Of a DNA stretch of 64,000 bases, positions 20,173-38,781 are shown piece after piece (the first letter of the stretch is position 1; each line of letters begins with the position of its first letter). Made by a program: the position numbers and the translations under genes. Source of the DNA: Macrostomum lignano (taxonomy: Eukaryota); assembly GCA_002269645.1 (NCBI GenBank), contig NIVC01001313.1:251373-315372 (forward strand), read 5' to 3'. The notes under the pieces are model-generated. The model did not search any database and was not told the DNA's origin. It worked only from the letters and a program-made list of their open reading frames with translations.

Positions 20173-23100
20173 CTCTCTCTCTCTCCCTCTCCCTCTCCCT
20201 TACCCTCTCCCTCCTACTCATCTACTTTATATCCCTTGATGTTCTCTTTATCCCCTCTCCCTGCCAGTCTCAGTCCATCTGTGATTAGCAAAACTGGGCC
20301 AGAATCTGCGCTGCTCACCTCCTGACGATCCACGTCGACTCGTAGCAGGTTCCACTCGCCGCTTTGCACGTAGTTGGCGAAGTCCACCTCTTCTCGTCTA
20401 GAATGGCGGATTTGAGTGCAGTGCTGAATGCGACTCAGACTCATATAGACTCAGACTCATATAGACTCAGACTCATATAGACTCAGACTCATATAGACTC
20501 AGACTCATATAGACTCAGACTCATATAGACTCAGACTCATATAGACTCAGACTCATATAGACTCAGACTCATATAGACTCAGACTCATATAGACTCAGAC
20601 TCATATAGACTCTTTCTACGCACAGTAATAGGATGCGTTCGTTAACTCACTTTTTAGTAATATTAACTTGATAACCATCGTAGGTCCACGATCCGAACTT
20701 CATCGTGCACACCTGATCGTCAAACGGGAAATAGGTGATGTCGATTTTGCAGGTAGAACGCAGCTTAGCTGGCGGAGGCCAGAACACGGTGCCGCTTGAG
20801 TCCACCATCGCCTTGCTCTGCATGTAGCCTGTGGTGAAGTCGTCCGCGCTGCAGTTCATTGTTGAGGAGGATGGTGTAGGGAGCAATTCATATAGTGTAG
20901 GGACGGCGCCCCACAGCTATCCATACAGTGTAGGGACGGCGCCCCACAACTATCCATATATAGTGTAGGGATAGCGCCCCACAACTATCCATATATAGTT
21001 TAGGGATGGCGCCCCACAGCTATCCATACAGTGTAGGGACGGCGCCCCACAACTATCCATATATAGTGTAGGGATAGCGCCCCACAGCTATCCATATATA
21101 GTGTAGGGACGGCGCCCCACAGCTATCTATGTATAGTGTAGGGATAGCGCCCCACAACTATCCATATATAGTGTAGAGATAGCGCCCCTCAACTATCCAT
21201 ATATAGTGTAGGGATAGCGCCCCACAACTATCCATATATAGTGTAGAGATAGCGCCCCTCAACTATCCATATATAGTGTAGGGATAGCGCCCCTCAACTA
21301 TCCATATATAGTGTAGAGATAGTGCCCCTCAACTATCCATATATAGTGTAGGGATAGCGCCCCACAACTATCCATATATAGTGTAGAGATAGTGCCCCTC
21401 AACTATCCATATATAGTGTAGAGATAGTGCCCCTCAACTATCCATATATAGTGTAGGGATAGCGCCCCTCAACTATCCATATATAGTGTAGGGATAGCGC
21501 CCCTCAACTATCCATATATAGTGTAGAGATAGTGCCCCTCAACTATCCATATATAGTGTAGAGATAGTGCCCCTCAACTATCCATATATAGTGTAGGGAT
21601 AGCGCCCCACAACTATCCATATATAGTGTAGAGATAGTGCCCCTCAACTATCCATATATAGTGTAGAGATAGTGCCCCACAACTATCCATATATAGTGTA
21701 GAGATAGCGCCCCTCAACTATCCATATATAGTGTAGGGATAGCGCCCCACAACTATCCATATATAGTGTAGGGATAGCGCCCCACAACTATCCATATATA
21801 GTGTAGGGATAGCGCCCCACAACTATCCATATATAGTGTAGGGATAGCGCCCCACAACTATCCATATATAGTGTAGGGATAGCGCCCCACAACTATCCAT
21901 ATATAGTGTAGGGATAGCGCCCCACAACTATCCATATATAGTGTAGGGATAGCGCCCCACAACTATCCATATAGTGTAGGGACGGCGCCCCACAACCATA
22001 GTAAAGAAAGTAATTTTCAAGCCACTGTAAATCTAGCCAAACAACAAACTTCAGAGCAATGAACTCCTTAAACTCCTTAAATAATTGACTCTGAAAGTCA
22101 AACTCGCAACTCATATCTCTGTTAAATCCCGAACAGCTAACGGGGATCTGAGGAGAATATAAATTGACCCGCTAAGGCCAGACAGAGCCCCATAGATACG
22201 CCCCGGATACATAAACATAGAAAAGCCCTGGGCAATCGATCACCTTTCCTCTGGTCGGGATTTCAGAAGACGAAGCGTTCGGCTTGCCGAAAAAAAGAGT
22301 CATGCGCTTCCCAATGTAGTACCCATTATTTATCCCCAGATAGAGAAATCCCCAACTGAGATTTTTGCATATCTAAAATGCGACTGAAACTATATGAGCT
22401 GACAGTTGATAAATGCTCACAAAATGCTGCGGATATTTCTATTGTACTTTTTAGCAGATATATGATCTCACCGGTTGTACTAGTACAGCACAATATCAGC
22501 ATGATCTCACCTGTTGTACAGCACAATATCCGACATGATTTTACCTGGTGTACAGCACAATATAAGCATGATCTCACCGGTTGTACAGCACAATATCAGC
22601 ATGATCTCACCTATTGTACAGCACAATATCAGCATGATCTCACCTGTTGTACAGCACAATATCAGCATGATCTCACCTGTTGTACAGCACAATATCCGGC
22701 AGCCAAATCTTCTGACAGGGCACGCGCAACACCTGCAGGCCATTGTAGTCGCTGGGATCCCAGTGCAGCCGTTCGTCCTGCCATTCCTGAATGCGACATG
22801 ACGGAGGAAGTCCATGGTTATGCATGCAGTTACAGGCAGGTTCAGCCGACAGTCGACCCCTCAAGAAGGGTGTACAGCGGCCCAGACTTTCATCCCAGTA
22901 AAGCCAGTGTACACTTTTTGCGCCTTGTGGGTTGGCCCTGATGGACGTGAATCACTCGAGATGCACGCGTCTAACATGGAAAAGCTACCTCATCATTTTC
23001 TCCATTTACTTTAATCCTCAAAGGCAAGTCTCACCTGTTCTAGCCAGACGTTGGTTGTAAGTACCTGGTTCACTTCATCCTGTAAAATCCAAAGGAAATT

Positions 23101-24535
23101 TTTAAAGACACTTCATACTCGTAGTATAAAATATGAATGAGCTGGTCTTCAGTGCCTAATGAGTAATCAAAACATTTTTTGTTCACCTTTGCTTTGTCGA
23201 GATCATGTGTATGCAGGGACTTATCTGAGATCCCTACACACCCACTCGGCGCTACCTTTCTGCGTGAAGTACTGAAATTCACTCACAGTCGTATTTAGTT
23301 AGCTGTGTGCGCGCTCGAATTCAAAATGGGGGATTCAACAAGCTCTCTATACGGTACTAAAAATGGTTCCATGATAAGACTCGCTCTGATAAATTTTTCT
23401 GCCTCAAATTTTCTACTCCTATCACGTGACTGGCACAGATGAAAACCACCTCAGTATGTTTCTGCCCCCCTGTCACGTGACTGGCACAGATGAAAACCAC
23501 CTCAGTATGTTTCTGCCCCCCTGTCACGTGACTGGCACAGATGCAAAACCACCTCAGTATGTTTCTGCCCCCTGTCACGTGACTGGAACAGATGTAAAAC
23601 CACCTCAGTATGTTTCTGCCCCCTGTCACGTGACTGGCACAGATGAAAACCACCACAAGATGTTTTACCCCCTGTCACGTGACTGGCACAGATGAAAACC
23701 ACCACAATATGTTTCGACCCCTGTCACGTGACTGGCACTGATAACAACCACCCAAATCACCCGGCCCAAGGAAGGGAAAGAAGGGGAGGGAAACCAACCA
23801 TGTCCGCGATGAGGATTAGTGCAAAGCCGAACTTCACCATCACCTGGCTGGATGAGTTGAGCACAGGCCGGACGGCCGAGTCGTATCCGGCCAGAATCCG
23901 CTTCATCAGGGCCTGCTCATCGGGTACCGGCGCTCCGGCACCAGCAGAACAAAAATTCGGGGAGAGAAGTACGCATTAACGATGTCGCGTTGATTAGTAA
24001 CTCACCAGCTGAGAGATTTGAATCAGAGCCAGCTGGAACCGGACTTCCACCGTGTTGCTGGCGTTAAACGTTGGCCTGGAGGCTGAGTCATAGTTCAGCA
24101 TCAGCAGAGTGAGCAGTCGCTGCTCATCGGTACTGATATGCGGCATCGTCAGCTGCTGACAGCTGGCTGTCAAAGCGTAGTACCCTAGCAACGCCATAGC
24201 AACAAGCATGCCGCAACATTTCGCAGGCATGGCGCAATTTCTCTGGGGCATAACTATAGGTCGAACAGCAGGCAATATAACTGAGCTATATTGTATATTA
24301 TGCTCTGTTGAGCAGGTCCGATTCTGATTTGAGAATTTTTTTAAGCTAATCCCCCTCCCGAGTAGATTTTCCCTGCCGAGGTCTTGTCAGGTCATTGGTG
24401 GAGAGGGGCATGGACCTACTCTGGAAAGGGATTTTTACGCATGAATTTCGATTTGAGATACCGCAGCCCACAAGCCACGGTGGAACCCGGTCTCCCTGAA
24501 CACGGCAGCACGAATTCATGCTGCGCATTGTGAGC

Positions 24536-25438
24536 TCAGCCTGACTTTTGTTTGCGAGGAAAGCCAAGTGGGGGTCTTTCAAATTCTTCTAGCTGGTCTG
24601 CGTGTGCTCGCTGGGCTTTCAATCGTGCCAGTGCAGCTGGCACTTCTATGCGGGCGATTGTGAAATGCTTTTGGAATGCTAAGGGAATGCGTGATGGAAT
24701 GAGGATGTGAATGGATGAGGATGTGAATGGATGAGGATGTGAATGGATGAGGATGTGAATGGATGAGGATGTGAATGGATGAGGATGTGAATGGATGAGG
24801 ATGTGAATGGATGAGGGTGTGAATGAATGAGGATGTGAATGGATGAGGATGTGAATGGATGAGGATGTGAATGGATGAGGATGTGAATGGATGAGGATGT
24901 GAATGGATGAGGATGTGAATGGATGAGGATGTGAATGGATGAGGATGTGAATAGATGAGGATGTGAATGGATGAGGATGTGAATGGATGAGGATGTGAAT
25001 GGATGAGGATGTGAATGGATGAGGGTGTGAATAGATGAGGATGTGAATGGATGAGGATGTGAATAGATGAGGATGTGAATGGATGAGGATGTGAATGGAT
25101 GACGATGTGAATGGATGACGATGTGAATGGATGAGGATGTGAATGGATGAGGATGTGAATAGATGAGGATGATAATTCAATAATTCAATTAATTCAGTAA
25201 TAATTCAAGGATTACTTGCACTTTGAAGCACTTCCCAGCTCAAAAGTTTGAGAACGCGTTGCTTCAAACACACCAGTCAGCTGCACTCACCTGACAATGC
25301 AGTCTGATTATTAAAGTTCAATGTGTACTCGCTGCCCAGTCCAGTGAGGTCGGCCGCAGAAGAGCCAGAACTGCTCACTAGCAGCGGCAGAACTATGTGC
25401 AGCTTCAATGCAGCCTCAAGACCCAGTGCAGGCAGCAT
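24536..25438 (-). CDS. Possible small two-exon ORF (~96 aa) with a hydrophobic N-terminus, upstream of the nAChR
   Basis: Exon 25438-25291 (MLPALGLEAALKLHIVLPLLVSSSGS..., GTGAG donor) joins in phase to exon 24678-24536 (CCCTTAG acceptor); no family recognised. Confidence 0.35.
24691..25170. repeat. 16-bp minisatellite (GGATGAGGATGTGAAT)n
   Basis: About 30 copies; the truncated copy at 17310-17350 marks the duplication junction. Confidence 0.95.
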
Positions 25439-26374
25439 GCGGAAGCTGTGAGCTGGTGGCCTCGGCTCTTACAGAATCCTCTGCATGCCACGCTCCTCAT
25501 CAGCAATATATTTGAAACCGTCCCAGTCTATTTTAAGACCGGCATTGCAAGAAACTGCTCCAATAATCCCTGGCGGGTCTCGAGCGGGTCACAGCTGGTT
25601 CGCAACTTTTATGTAAGTGAATTGGTTTTAGTGTTCAGTTCACTGCAACTGCCCAAGTGAATTGGCACACGTGGCAGCCATATCTATCTGATACTGTAAG
25701 TCTATTTCGCATTACTTGATTGCACGATTGAATTGGATGGCACTGTGAGAATGTGTCACTCGAAATCCACTTCAGATTGATTGCGATTTTTTATTTAGTA
25801 TTTATTTTAAAGACCCTATTGTACTACTCATTAACAGTAGGACTATTCAGATATTTTTAATGCACAGCTTACAGAATTTCAACATCGATCCTGTTAATGA
25901 TAAATTAAACAATTCGATAAAATATATTCGAATTTAAATAACTATTATGAAAAATGAAAAAATTGTCCAGTGAATACGCTAATAAAAGTTAAACTATTTA
26001 CAAAAACTTCAATAGAAAGCTACTGCAGGCATTATTCAAATAGCTTTTTGTCAAATTTATCGACTTTTAAGTCTAGACTGTCGTACACAGCATGCAATTC
26101 AAATTCGCGCCAAAACCCGGAAATATTAGATAACGATCAACGATTAACGATCAATTACTGCCCGTTCCGCCGACTCCCCTGAGCAGGCACACAAGCGCGC
26201 GGATACGTACGCAGTCATACGCACAGGCACAAACTCACACAGGTGTACAGCGGCCCTGACTATATTTCTCGTTAGGCATGTACACTTCACTGTGCCTTGG
26301 GGGTTGGCCTTTAAGGCCGTTAATTGCATGAGCAGAGCCAAGCCGAGTTCCAATTCAGCCCCAAATTAATGTGA

Positions 26375-26442
26375 CTGCACTTGGAATCGAGCCTGGACCG
26401 CTGGCACATCAGAGCGCCGCGCCAGACCACTGGGCAACGCCC
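26375..26442 (-). mobile_element. tRNA-derived SINE head or tRNA-like remnant
   Basis: Minus strand TTGCCCAGTGG (box A-like) ... GGCTCGATTCC (box B-like). Confidence 0.4.
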
Positions 26443-26834
26443 TTCATGAAAGATTTTTATTGGCCTTCCATGTACACTTCCTATGGCGCTGGGCTAATGT
26501 ACATTGCGGCAGCCCCAATTAGCAAGTTGTTTTATTTCTACAAGTCACTTAAAACTGTCTATCTTTTCATAAAAAAGCTTTCATATTCTTTCTTTGCTAC
26601 TGAACTGAAGTAGCTCGAGAGATTTCCCAAGCATGCATGCATGAGAGGCCCATCTAGCTTTATTGGATCTGCAATCTATACTATATATACTACCTATATA
26701 GTAAGTATGCAATCTATACTATTGCAATATATATACTACCTATATAGTAAGTATTTCTCTGTCACAAAGTTTCAACGACGGTGTTAAAGAACCTTAAATT
26801 TGGAGAGAAAAAATTTGGCGCGAATTTGAGCTCC

Positions 26835-32136
<5,302 letters not shown>

Positions 32137-33300
32137 AGTCAGTCTTTAATTTACATGTACAAACTAATGCTTTCAAATATAAATTGAGAATCTGTGTGTC
32201 TATCTGTCTTCGTTAACTCAATTCTACCGGCTAATTTAATTCTATGACATTAATTGCTCATGTATATATATAGAAACTCGTATACATAAGACAGCTGGGT
32301 GGACAGCGCGCACACCCCCAGTCAGGGTTGAGTGTACAACTGCCGTCTGCCGCACTTGTACTTGAACCACCCCCCCCCCCGAGTTCAGCAGTTCTGCACG
32401 CAGGGGGTGGGGCAGACAGGTACACGGGCCGATGCAGAGCTATGGTACCTATTAAATAGAGGAAAACTATGAACCTCAGGGAGGCATTGGGATTCAAGTA
32501 CATTGTAAGCTGCAACCAACCTGAAACTGTAAATTAGAAACTTTAAATAGTCACGTGATTTTGGTAATGTTTAAATGAGCACATGCACCAAAATTTGTTT
32601 AGACACAAAATGACTAAACTTCGTTGAAAATGAGCAAGAAAGGAATTCCATTCGCTTTCTTGAGAAGTCAGCAAGATAAGATAAACATTTTTTTATCGAT
32701 AAAAATGATCACCAGTTTATACAGAAAAATATTACACAGCCATAATTTACTTTTATTTACCTTGCGTTGGTTCAAAATAGGTTAATTTTTTTTTAAATAT
32801 ACGCTAAACTACTAATAGTAGACAAAAAGAATCTGCTCGCACAAGATTAAAAATAGTTATAATAATTATAAATTATAGTAGGCACTGGTGCTGTCTAAAG
32901 TGAACATTGGTAATTAAAATTATCAATCTACAGTGAAAGAAGTGAACAGTCAAAAACATAGGCATCGAATTAATTATCAACAACATTAAATTATAAAAAT
33001 AATATTCATTAGCACGCAATATTTCAACAAACTTTACAACCCATTAGGCACTAGCCAAGAGCTTTCGTATTGTTTCACAGCCGCAAAAATCCACACCATT
33101 ATAAGTAATAATTATGCAATTTATGACGAAGTACACAAAAAATATGCCAATAAAACTCGAACAATCGTACATGTCAAAAAAATATTTGGAATGCTCGCAA
33201 AGTGCTACTGATATCTTTTCGTACAATAGTAGTATACAGAGATGGTGTGGCGCCGATGAGGTACATGCAGTTGCAAAAATAAACAAGGAATGATTGCTGG

Positions 33301-36300
33301 CTACAAGATTGAAGAATTCAGTCTGACTGGCCCCACCGTTAGTCGCTGTCGTTGAGTCTCAATGCTCAAATTGCGCAACTGGTCAATCTGCTCGTCCAGA
33401 TCTGAGTGGCCCGAGGCTGCCGCTTCCGAGTGCTGCAAGTGGCGTCGATAGAAAAATAATTAGATGAATTTCATCACTTCTCTACTATAAGTAGGGTAGT
33501 TTGCATTATTTTTTAACGTTAAAAAAGAGACGAAAAATAGAGAAATACTGGTATTGAGAGAGAATAAAGACGCGCCCACCCCAGAGCGGTGCTCAAAGAT
33601 GCCTGAGCCTCTTCAGTGCAAGCAAACAAATGCGCGCGCTTCGTAAGCGGCTGGCTTCAAGCGCTAAAAAGATTTCCCTGCTTCATAGCAGCAAACACAC
33701 TCGATCTAAGCTAGCAAGTTTTCTGCAACACTCCACAAAGATAACAGAGCCTCAATTGAAGGGCAATGGCCAGCCCTATCTAGCCTAGAAGCAGAGTAGG
33801 GCAGGGCTACACGGAGAGCAAAAGCAGATAAGCCAGCAGAAAAAGCAGCGAGCAGAGGGGAGGTTGGGGTGGGCGGCAAGAGAAACGCGTGACGAGAGAA
33901 AAAGTGTGCGGGTTGGCAACGTGAAGAAAATTCAGTATTTCTCTCTCTATCTAAAAATAGCCGAGTCCCCAGCAACTGAGCTGCATGCTATCAGCTATTT
34001 TCAATGGCTACGTCACGCCAAAATGCAGCCCAGCCCCAACAGAAACCCTGCAGCTCAATATGCTCCAATGCACAAGCTAAATGTTTGTAAAAATCATGTG
34101 CCATAAAAATCAACTGCTACCGTAAGTTTCAACAGTAGGAAAGATTGCCGTATCGAAAGGCTGCAATTAAAAGAACTTCTCTTCTAATCAATCTAGTTTA
34201 ACCGATCTGCATCGAAACCCGATTAACTTGAATCCTATGAAAACTTATTTAGCCGATATGTATCGAAAAGCTATAGTAACTATAGAATCCCATCCGCACT
34301 AATTTAGCCGATATGTATCGAAAAGCTATAGTAACTATAGAATCCCATGCAGACCAATTTAGCCGATATGTATCGAAAAGCTATAGTAACTATAGAATCC
34401 CAAGCAGACTAATTTAGCCGATATGTATCGAAAAGCTATAGTAACTATAGAATCCCATGCAGACCAATTTAGCCGATATGTATCGAAAAGCTATAGTAAC
34501 TATAGAATCCCATGCAGACCAATTTAGCCGATATGTATCGAAAAGCTATAGTAACTATAGAATCCCATGCAGACCAATTTAGCCGATATGTATCGAAAAG
34601 CTATAGTAACTATAGAATCCCAAGCAGACTAATTTAGCCGATATGTATCGAAAAGCTATAGTAACTATAGAATCCCATGCAGACCAATTTAGCCGATATG
34701 TATCGAAAAGCTATAGTAACTATAGAATCCCATGCAGACCAATTTAGCCGATATGTATCGAAAAGCTATAGTAACTATAGAATCCCAAGCAGACTAATTT
34801 AGCCGATATGTATCGAAAAGCTATAGTAACTATAGAATCCCATGCAGACCAATTTAGCCGATATGTATCGAAAAGCTATAGTAACTATAGAATCCCAAGC
34901 AGACTAATTTAGCCGATATGTATCGAAAAGCTATAGTAACTATAGAATCCCATGCAGACCAATTTAGCCGATATGTATCGAAAAGCTATAGTAACTATAG
35001 AATCCCATGCAGACCAATTTAGCCGATATGTATCGAAAAGCTATAGTAACTATAGAATCCCAAGCAGACTAATTTAGCCGATATGTATCGAAAAGCTATA
35101 GTAACTATAGAATCCCATGCAGACCAATTTAGCCGATATGTATCGAAAAGCTATAGTAACTATAGAATCCTACCCAGATTAATTTAGCCGATATGTATCG
35201 AAAAGCTATAGCAACTATCGAATCCCAAGCAGACTAATTTAGCCGATATGTATCGAAAAGCTATAGTAACTATAGAATCCCATGCAGACCAATTTAGCCG
35301 ATATGTATCGAAAAGCTATAGTAACTATAGAATCCTACCCAGATTAATTTAGCCGATATGTATCGAAAAGCTATAGCAACTATCGAATCCCAAGTAGACT
35401 AATTTAGCCGATATGTAGCGAAAAACTATAGTAACTATAGAATCCTACCCAGATTAATTTAGCCGATATGTATCGAAAAGCTATAGCAACTATCGAATCC
35501 CATGCAGACTGATTTGGCCGATATGTATCGAAAAGCTATAGTAACTATCGAATCCCAAGTAGACTAATTTAGCCGATATGTATCGAAAAGCTAAAAAACC
35601 CACCGCTTCGGACACGAGTCCACCAAGTCGCGCCTCGCACTCGCTGAGCCGATCGCCGGCCAGGTGCTCCTGCAGCTCCTGGGTGAGCAGGTCGGTGCTG
35701 AGCCGGAGCTGCGCCGAACCGGCCGCCATGGACGTCGACGGGGATGATGTCGACGCCGAGGAAGTCGAAGCTTCCGATGCGCCGCTGCGACGGCCGGGAC
35801 GCGGCCTGAGCTGCGGCTCGCCCTCGCTGGCCAGAGGACGCGGCACCGGTGGCGGCGGCGTCTGCTGCTGCTGAGGCGCCACAGCAGGTGGCGCACGGCG
35901 CCGATAGGCGCGTCGAAACGGTTGGCCTCGGTCGCCGATGCCTCGGCCAGGCGATGACGGCGACTCAGCCTCTTCAGCTGCGTTGGTGGCGGCGGCAGTG
36001 GCAGCGGCGGCTTCAGTGGCTGCGGAGGAGGCCGAGGCGGCGGCAGCGGCGGCCAAGCAGTCGAGGCTGATGGCGGCGCGGATCGGGCGGTCCAAGACGA
36101 CGCCACTTCCACGAGACGCAGCAGCCGCCGAAGTCTTGGCGCAATTGTCCGCCATCCGGCAGTCGCCGCTGTCGTTGTCCTCCTTGACGGCGTCGCCACC
36201 TTCGCCGACGAGGCCTCGCAGAGCGCGGCGGCACCGGCGGCAGCAGCGGTCGCGGACGGCCTCGCGCAGCCGGTCGGATCGTTGGGCCTCGGCGCGGTCG

Positions 36301-38781
36301 CGCAGCTGCTGCCGAATCTGCGAGTTGGTGAGGCTCATCTGCAGCTCGTCAAGCCGGCGGAGCCGCTTCTCGTACAGCAGCCGGATGTCCGCCGCGTGGT
36401 GCAGCTCGTCGCGGCGGCGGCGCAGCAGGTCGGCCTCCAGCTTGGCCTGGAGAGTCGGCGACAGGTTGAGGAGCGAATGAGATGCGATTTTGAAGCTGAA
36501 TAAAAATTTAGATCTATAAAATTTAAGACAGGTATTAATCAAAGGCTCAGTATTGATTCACAACAAAGACTCAGTATTGATTCACAACAAAGACTCAATA
36601 TCGATTCACAACAAAGACTAAATATCGATTCATTACAAAGAGCCAACATCGATTCACAACAAAGACTCAATACCTATCAATTCAGAACTTGAAGACTCAA
36701 TTATTTTGCAACAAAGACTCCGTTGATTTGAAACACAACATAAACAAAGACAAGCTCCCCATCAGCACCAACCTTAAAGTCCTCCCTCCGCACCCGGGAG
36801 GACATTGCCCTGGAAATCTCGGCGGACCAGACCTTCCGCAGCACTCTCAGATCGCCGTCAGTCAGCACCAGCAGGTCCGGCAGGCCCGATGCGGCCAGCG
36901 CGGTCACAATGCCCCGAAATGTCGGCCGCTGGCTGGGTTCGGTGGACCAGCAGGTCTGCATGAGGCTGCCCAGCAACCCGGGCGTGTGGCCCGGCACAGG
37001 CAGGCACAAACTGCCCTGGCCAACGCCCAGCATCACAGCCCACGGATCCACGCACTTGTAGGGCACCTCCATGAACAGCAGCTCCCACAGGATGACTCCA
37101 TAGCTGTACACGTCTGCCGGGTAGCTCCAGGCCTCCTGGCGACATTGCTCCGGCGACATCCAGCGCATTGTGCCGTAGAGCTGCTGCTGCTGCTGCTGTC
37201 TATGGCCAGAACCGGCCTCGTCACCTCGGTTGGGCGGCACCAATCCAAAGTCGGAGATCTTGAGCCGGTCCAGTTCGCACAGCAGGATGTTGGGGCTCTT
37301 CAGGTCGCCGTGCGGAATCCGGCACTCGTGCAGGTAGGCCATGCCGCTGGCCAGCTGGCGGGACCAGTCGGCGATGCGAGCGGCCGGCAGGCAGTCCGTG
37401 CCGACCTGAGCGCGGGTTCGAACAGGTTTGAGATAATTTTTAATTAAATGCAACTAGTCTTAAAAACAAAGTGGCACCCGGATGCTAAAATAATGTCACC
37501 TTTTTGGCTTACAAAACATGTTTCGAAACCAGAAGAATCTCAAATGAATTTAAAAAATGCATTCTTGAATTTAGAAAAACGGCATTCAGGATTTTTAAAA
37601 ATGGCATCCTGAATTTGCAATGGCATTCATGACTTGAAAAATGGCATTCAAAATTTGAAAAATGACATCTAGAATTTGCAAACGCAAAAGAACAGCCAGC
37701 AGCCCAGACTCACTGTATAGTAATCAAACAGGTTGCCATGGGGACAGAACTCCATCAGCAAGCCGGGGCCGCCGCCGCCATCGAGGCAGGCTAAGAATTT
37801 CACCACATGCGGGTGGCTCAGGCGGCCCAGGTGGCTCAGCTCTTTCAGCGGCACCAGCAGCGCCGCGTCGGGATCGTTGAATCGTTTCAGCGCCACCTGC
37901 TGGCCGCGGTGCAGCACCAGGGTGACGGAGCCCTGACTGCCGGAGGCCAGGAACCCCAGCTCGACGACCTCGGACTCGTCGGCGCACCAGTCCGCTGCCT
38001 GCTGCCGCTGCTGGGGCTGCTTTGACGCAGGCACTGAGGGAGGGAATATGGAATGCCAACGTATTGATGTTGGAGTAAACGGCGAGAGTAACTATTACTA
38101 CTTTGTGATAAGTAAATGCCTCGTCATCTAATTAGCTATAATAGGGAGCTGCAATAAGAAACTAAATCTAAAAAAACTTAAGCAGACACATAATCACGTG
38201 ATCTTACCAGCAGCGGTTCGGCCAACCGCATTCCACATCGGCCGGAAACAGCCAACAATGCCTTGCCAGAAGGCTCCAGTGCCACCTCTCTGCTGTTGCT
38301 GCTGTTGTTGCAATGGACCGCCAGCAATTGGCTGCCCAGCAACATTGCCGCACAGAGAATAAACTGAGGATGCTGGATTACAATTGTTAATCGAACCGAG
38401 CTGCATCATCTGCTGGTTCATCTGTTGCAGATGCTGCAGCATGGGAAGAGACTGGGATTGCTGCTGCTGCTGAGGATTTCCTAACGGCGAAACGGCGAGG
38501 GATGCCATGGCGGGGCCGGAGCCGTTGGAGCCGGCCGAGGAGCTCCAGCTGTCGCGCAGAGATGCAGACGATGAAGCAGATGGAGGCCAAATGGCAGCGC
38601 CTGAGAGCAGCTGCAGCTGAGAGTTAGGAAATGCGGCAGAGGGCTCCGGCTCTGTTGATGGCTCCACTTCGACATGGGATAGAGGGAGCTGCTGCTGCTG
38701 CTGCTGCTTCAGGTCGAGTTGAAGACTTGGCGAGCTGCACAGCATTGGCTGCTGATTGGTTGCCAGGCCGTTGCCAGGCAT
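33301..38781 (-). CDS. MAP3K12/13: Dual leucine zipper kinase (DLK/LZK) orthologue, 5 exons, ~833 aa
   Basis: Exons 38781-38208, 38033-37714, 37405-36773, 36446-35604 and 33432-33301 in frame; GIVGCFRPMW, ASGSQG, HGDLKSPN, KISDFG, EVPYKCVDPWAVMLGVG..LCLPVP, zipper RRRRDELHHAADIRLLYEKRL. Confidence 0.88.
34245..35592. repeat. 55-bp minisatellite, ~25 copies, abutting the DLK exon 4 donor
   Basis: Unit AATTTAGCCGATATGTATCGAAAAGCTATAGTAACTATAGAATCCCATGCAGACC. Confidence 0.95.
36540..36670. repeat. ~25-bp tandem repeat in DLK intron 3
   Basis: GATTCACAACAAAGACTCA..., about 5 copies. Confidence 0.8.

Larger units (their letters stand above)
17375..24251 (-). pseudogene. Duplicate nAChR exons 1-6 without their own TM3-TM4 exon
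   Basis: Exons 24251-24006, 23079-23035, 22786-22677, 20848-20651, 20397-20319 and 17633-17375 match copy 1; exon 7 exists only at 8748-8222. Confidence 0.8.
17353..24720. repeat. Near-identical 7.3-kb tandem duplicate of 10037-17352
   Basis: Offsets 7316/7317/7385/7384; differences limited to homopolymer length, one substitution and minisatellite copy number; junction near 17350-17353. Confidence 0.95.
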
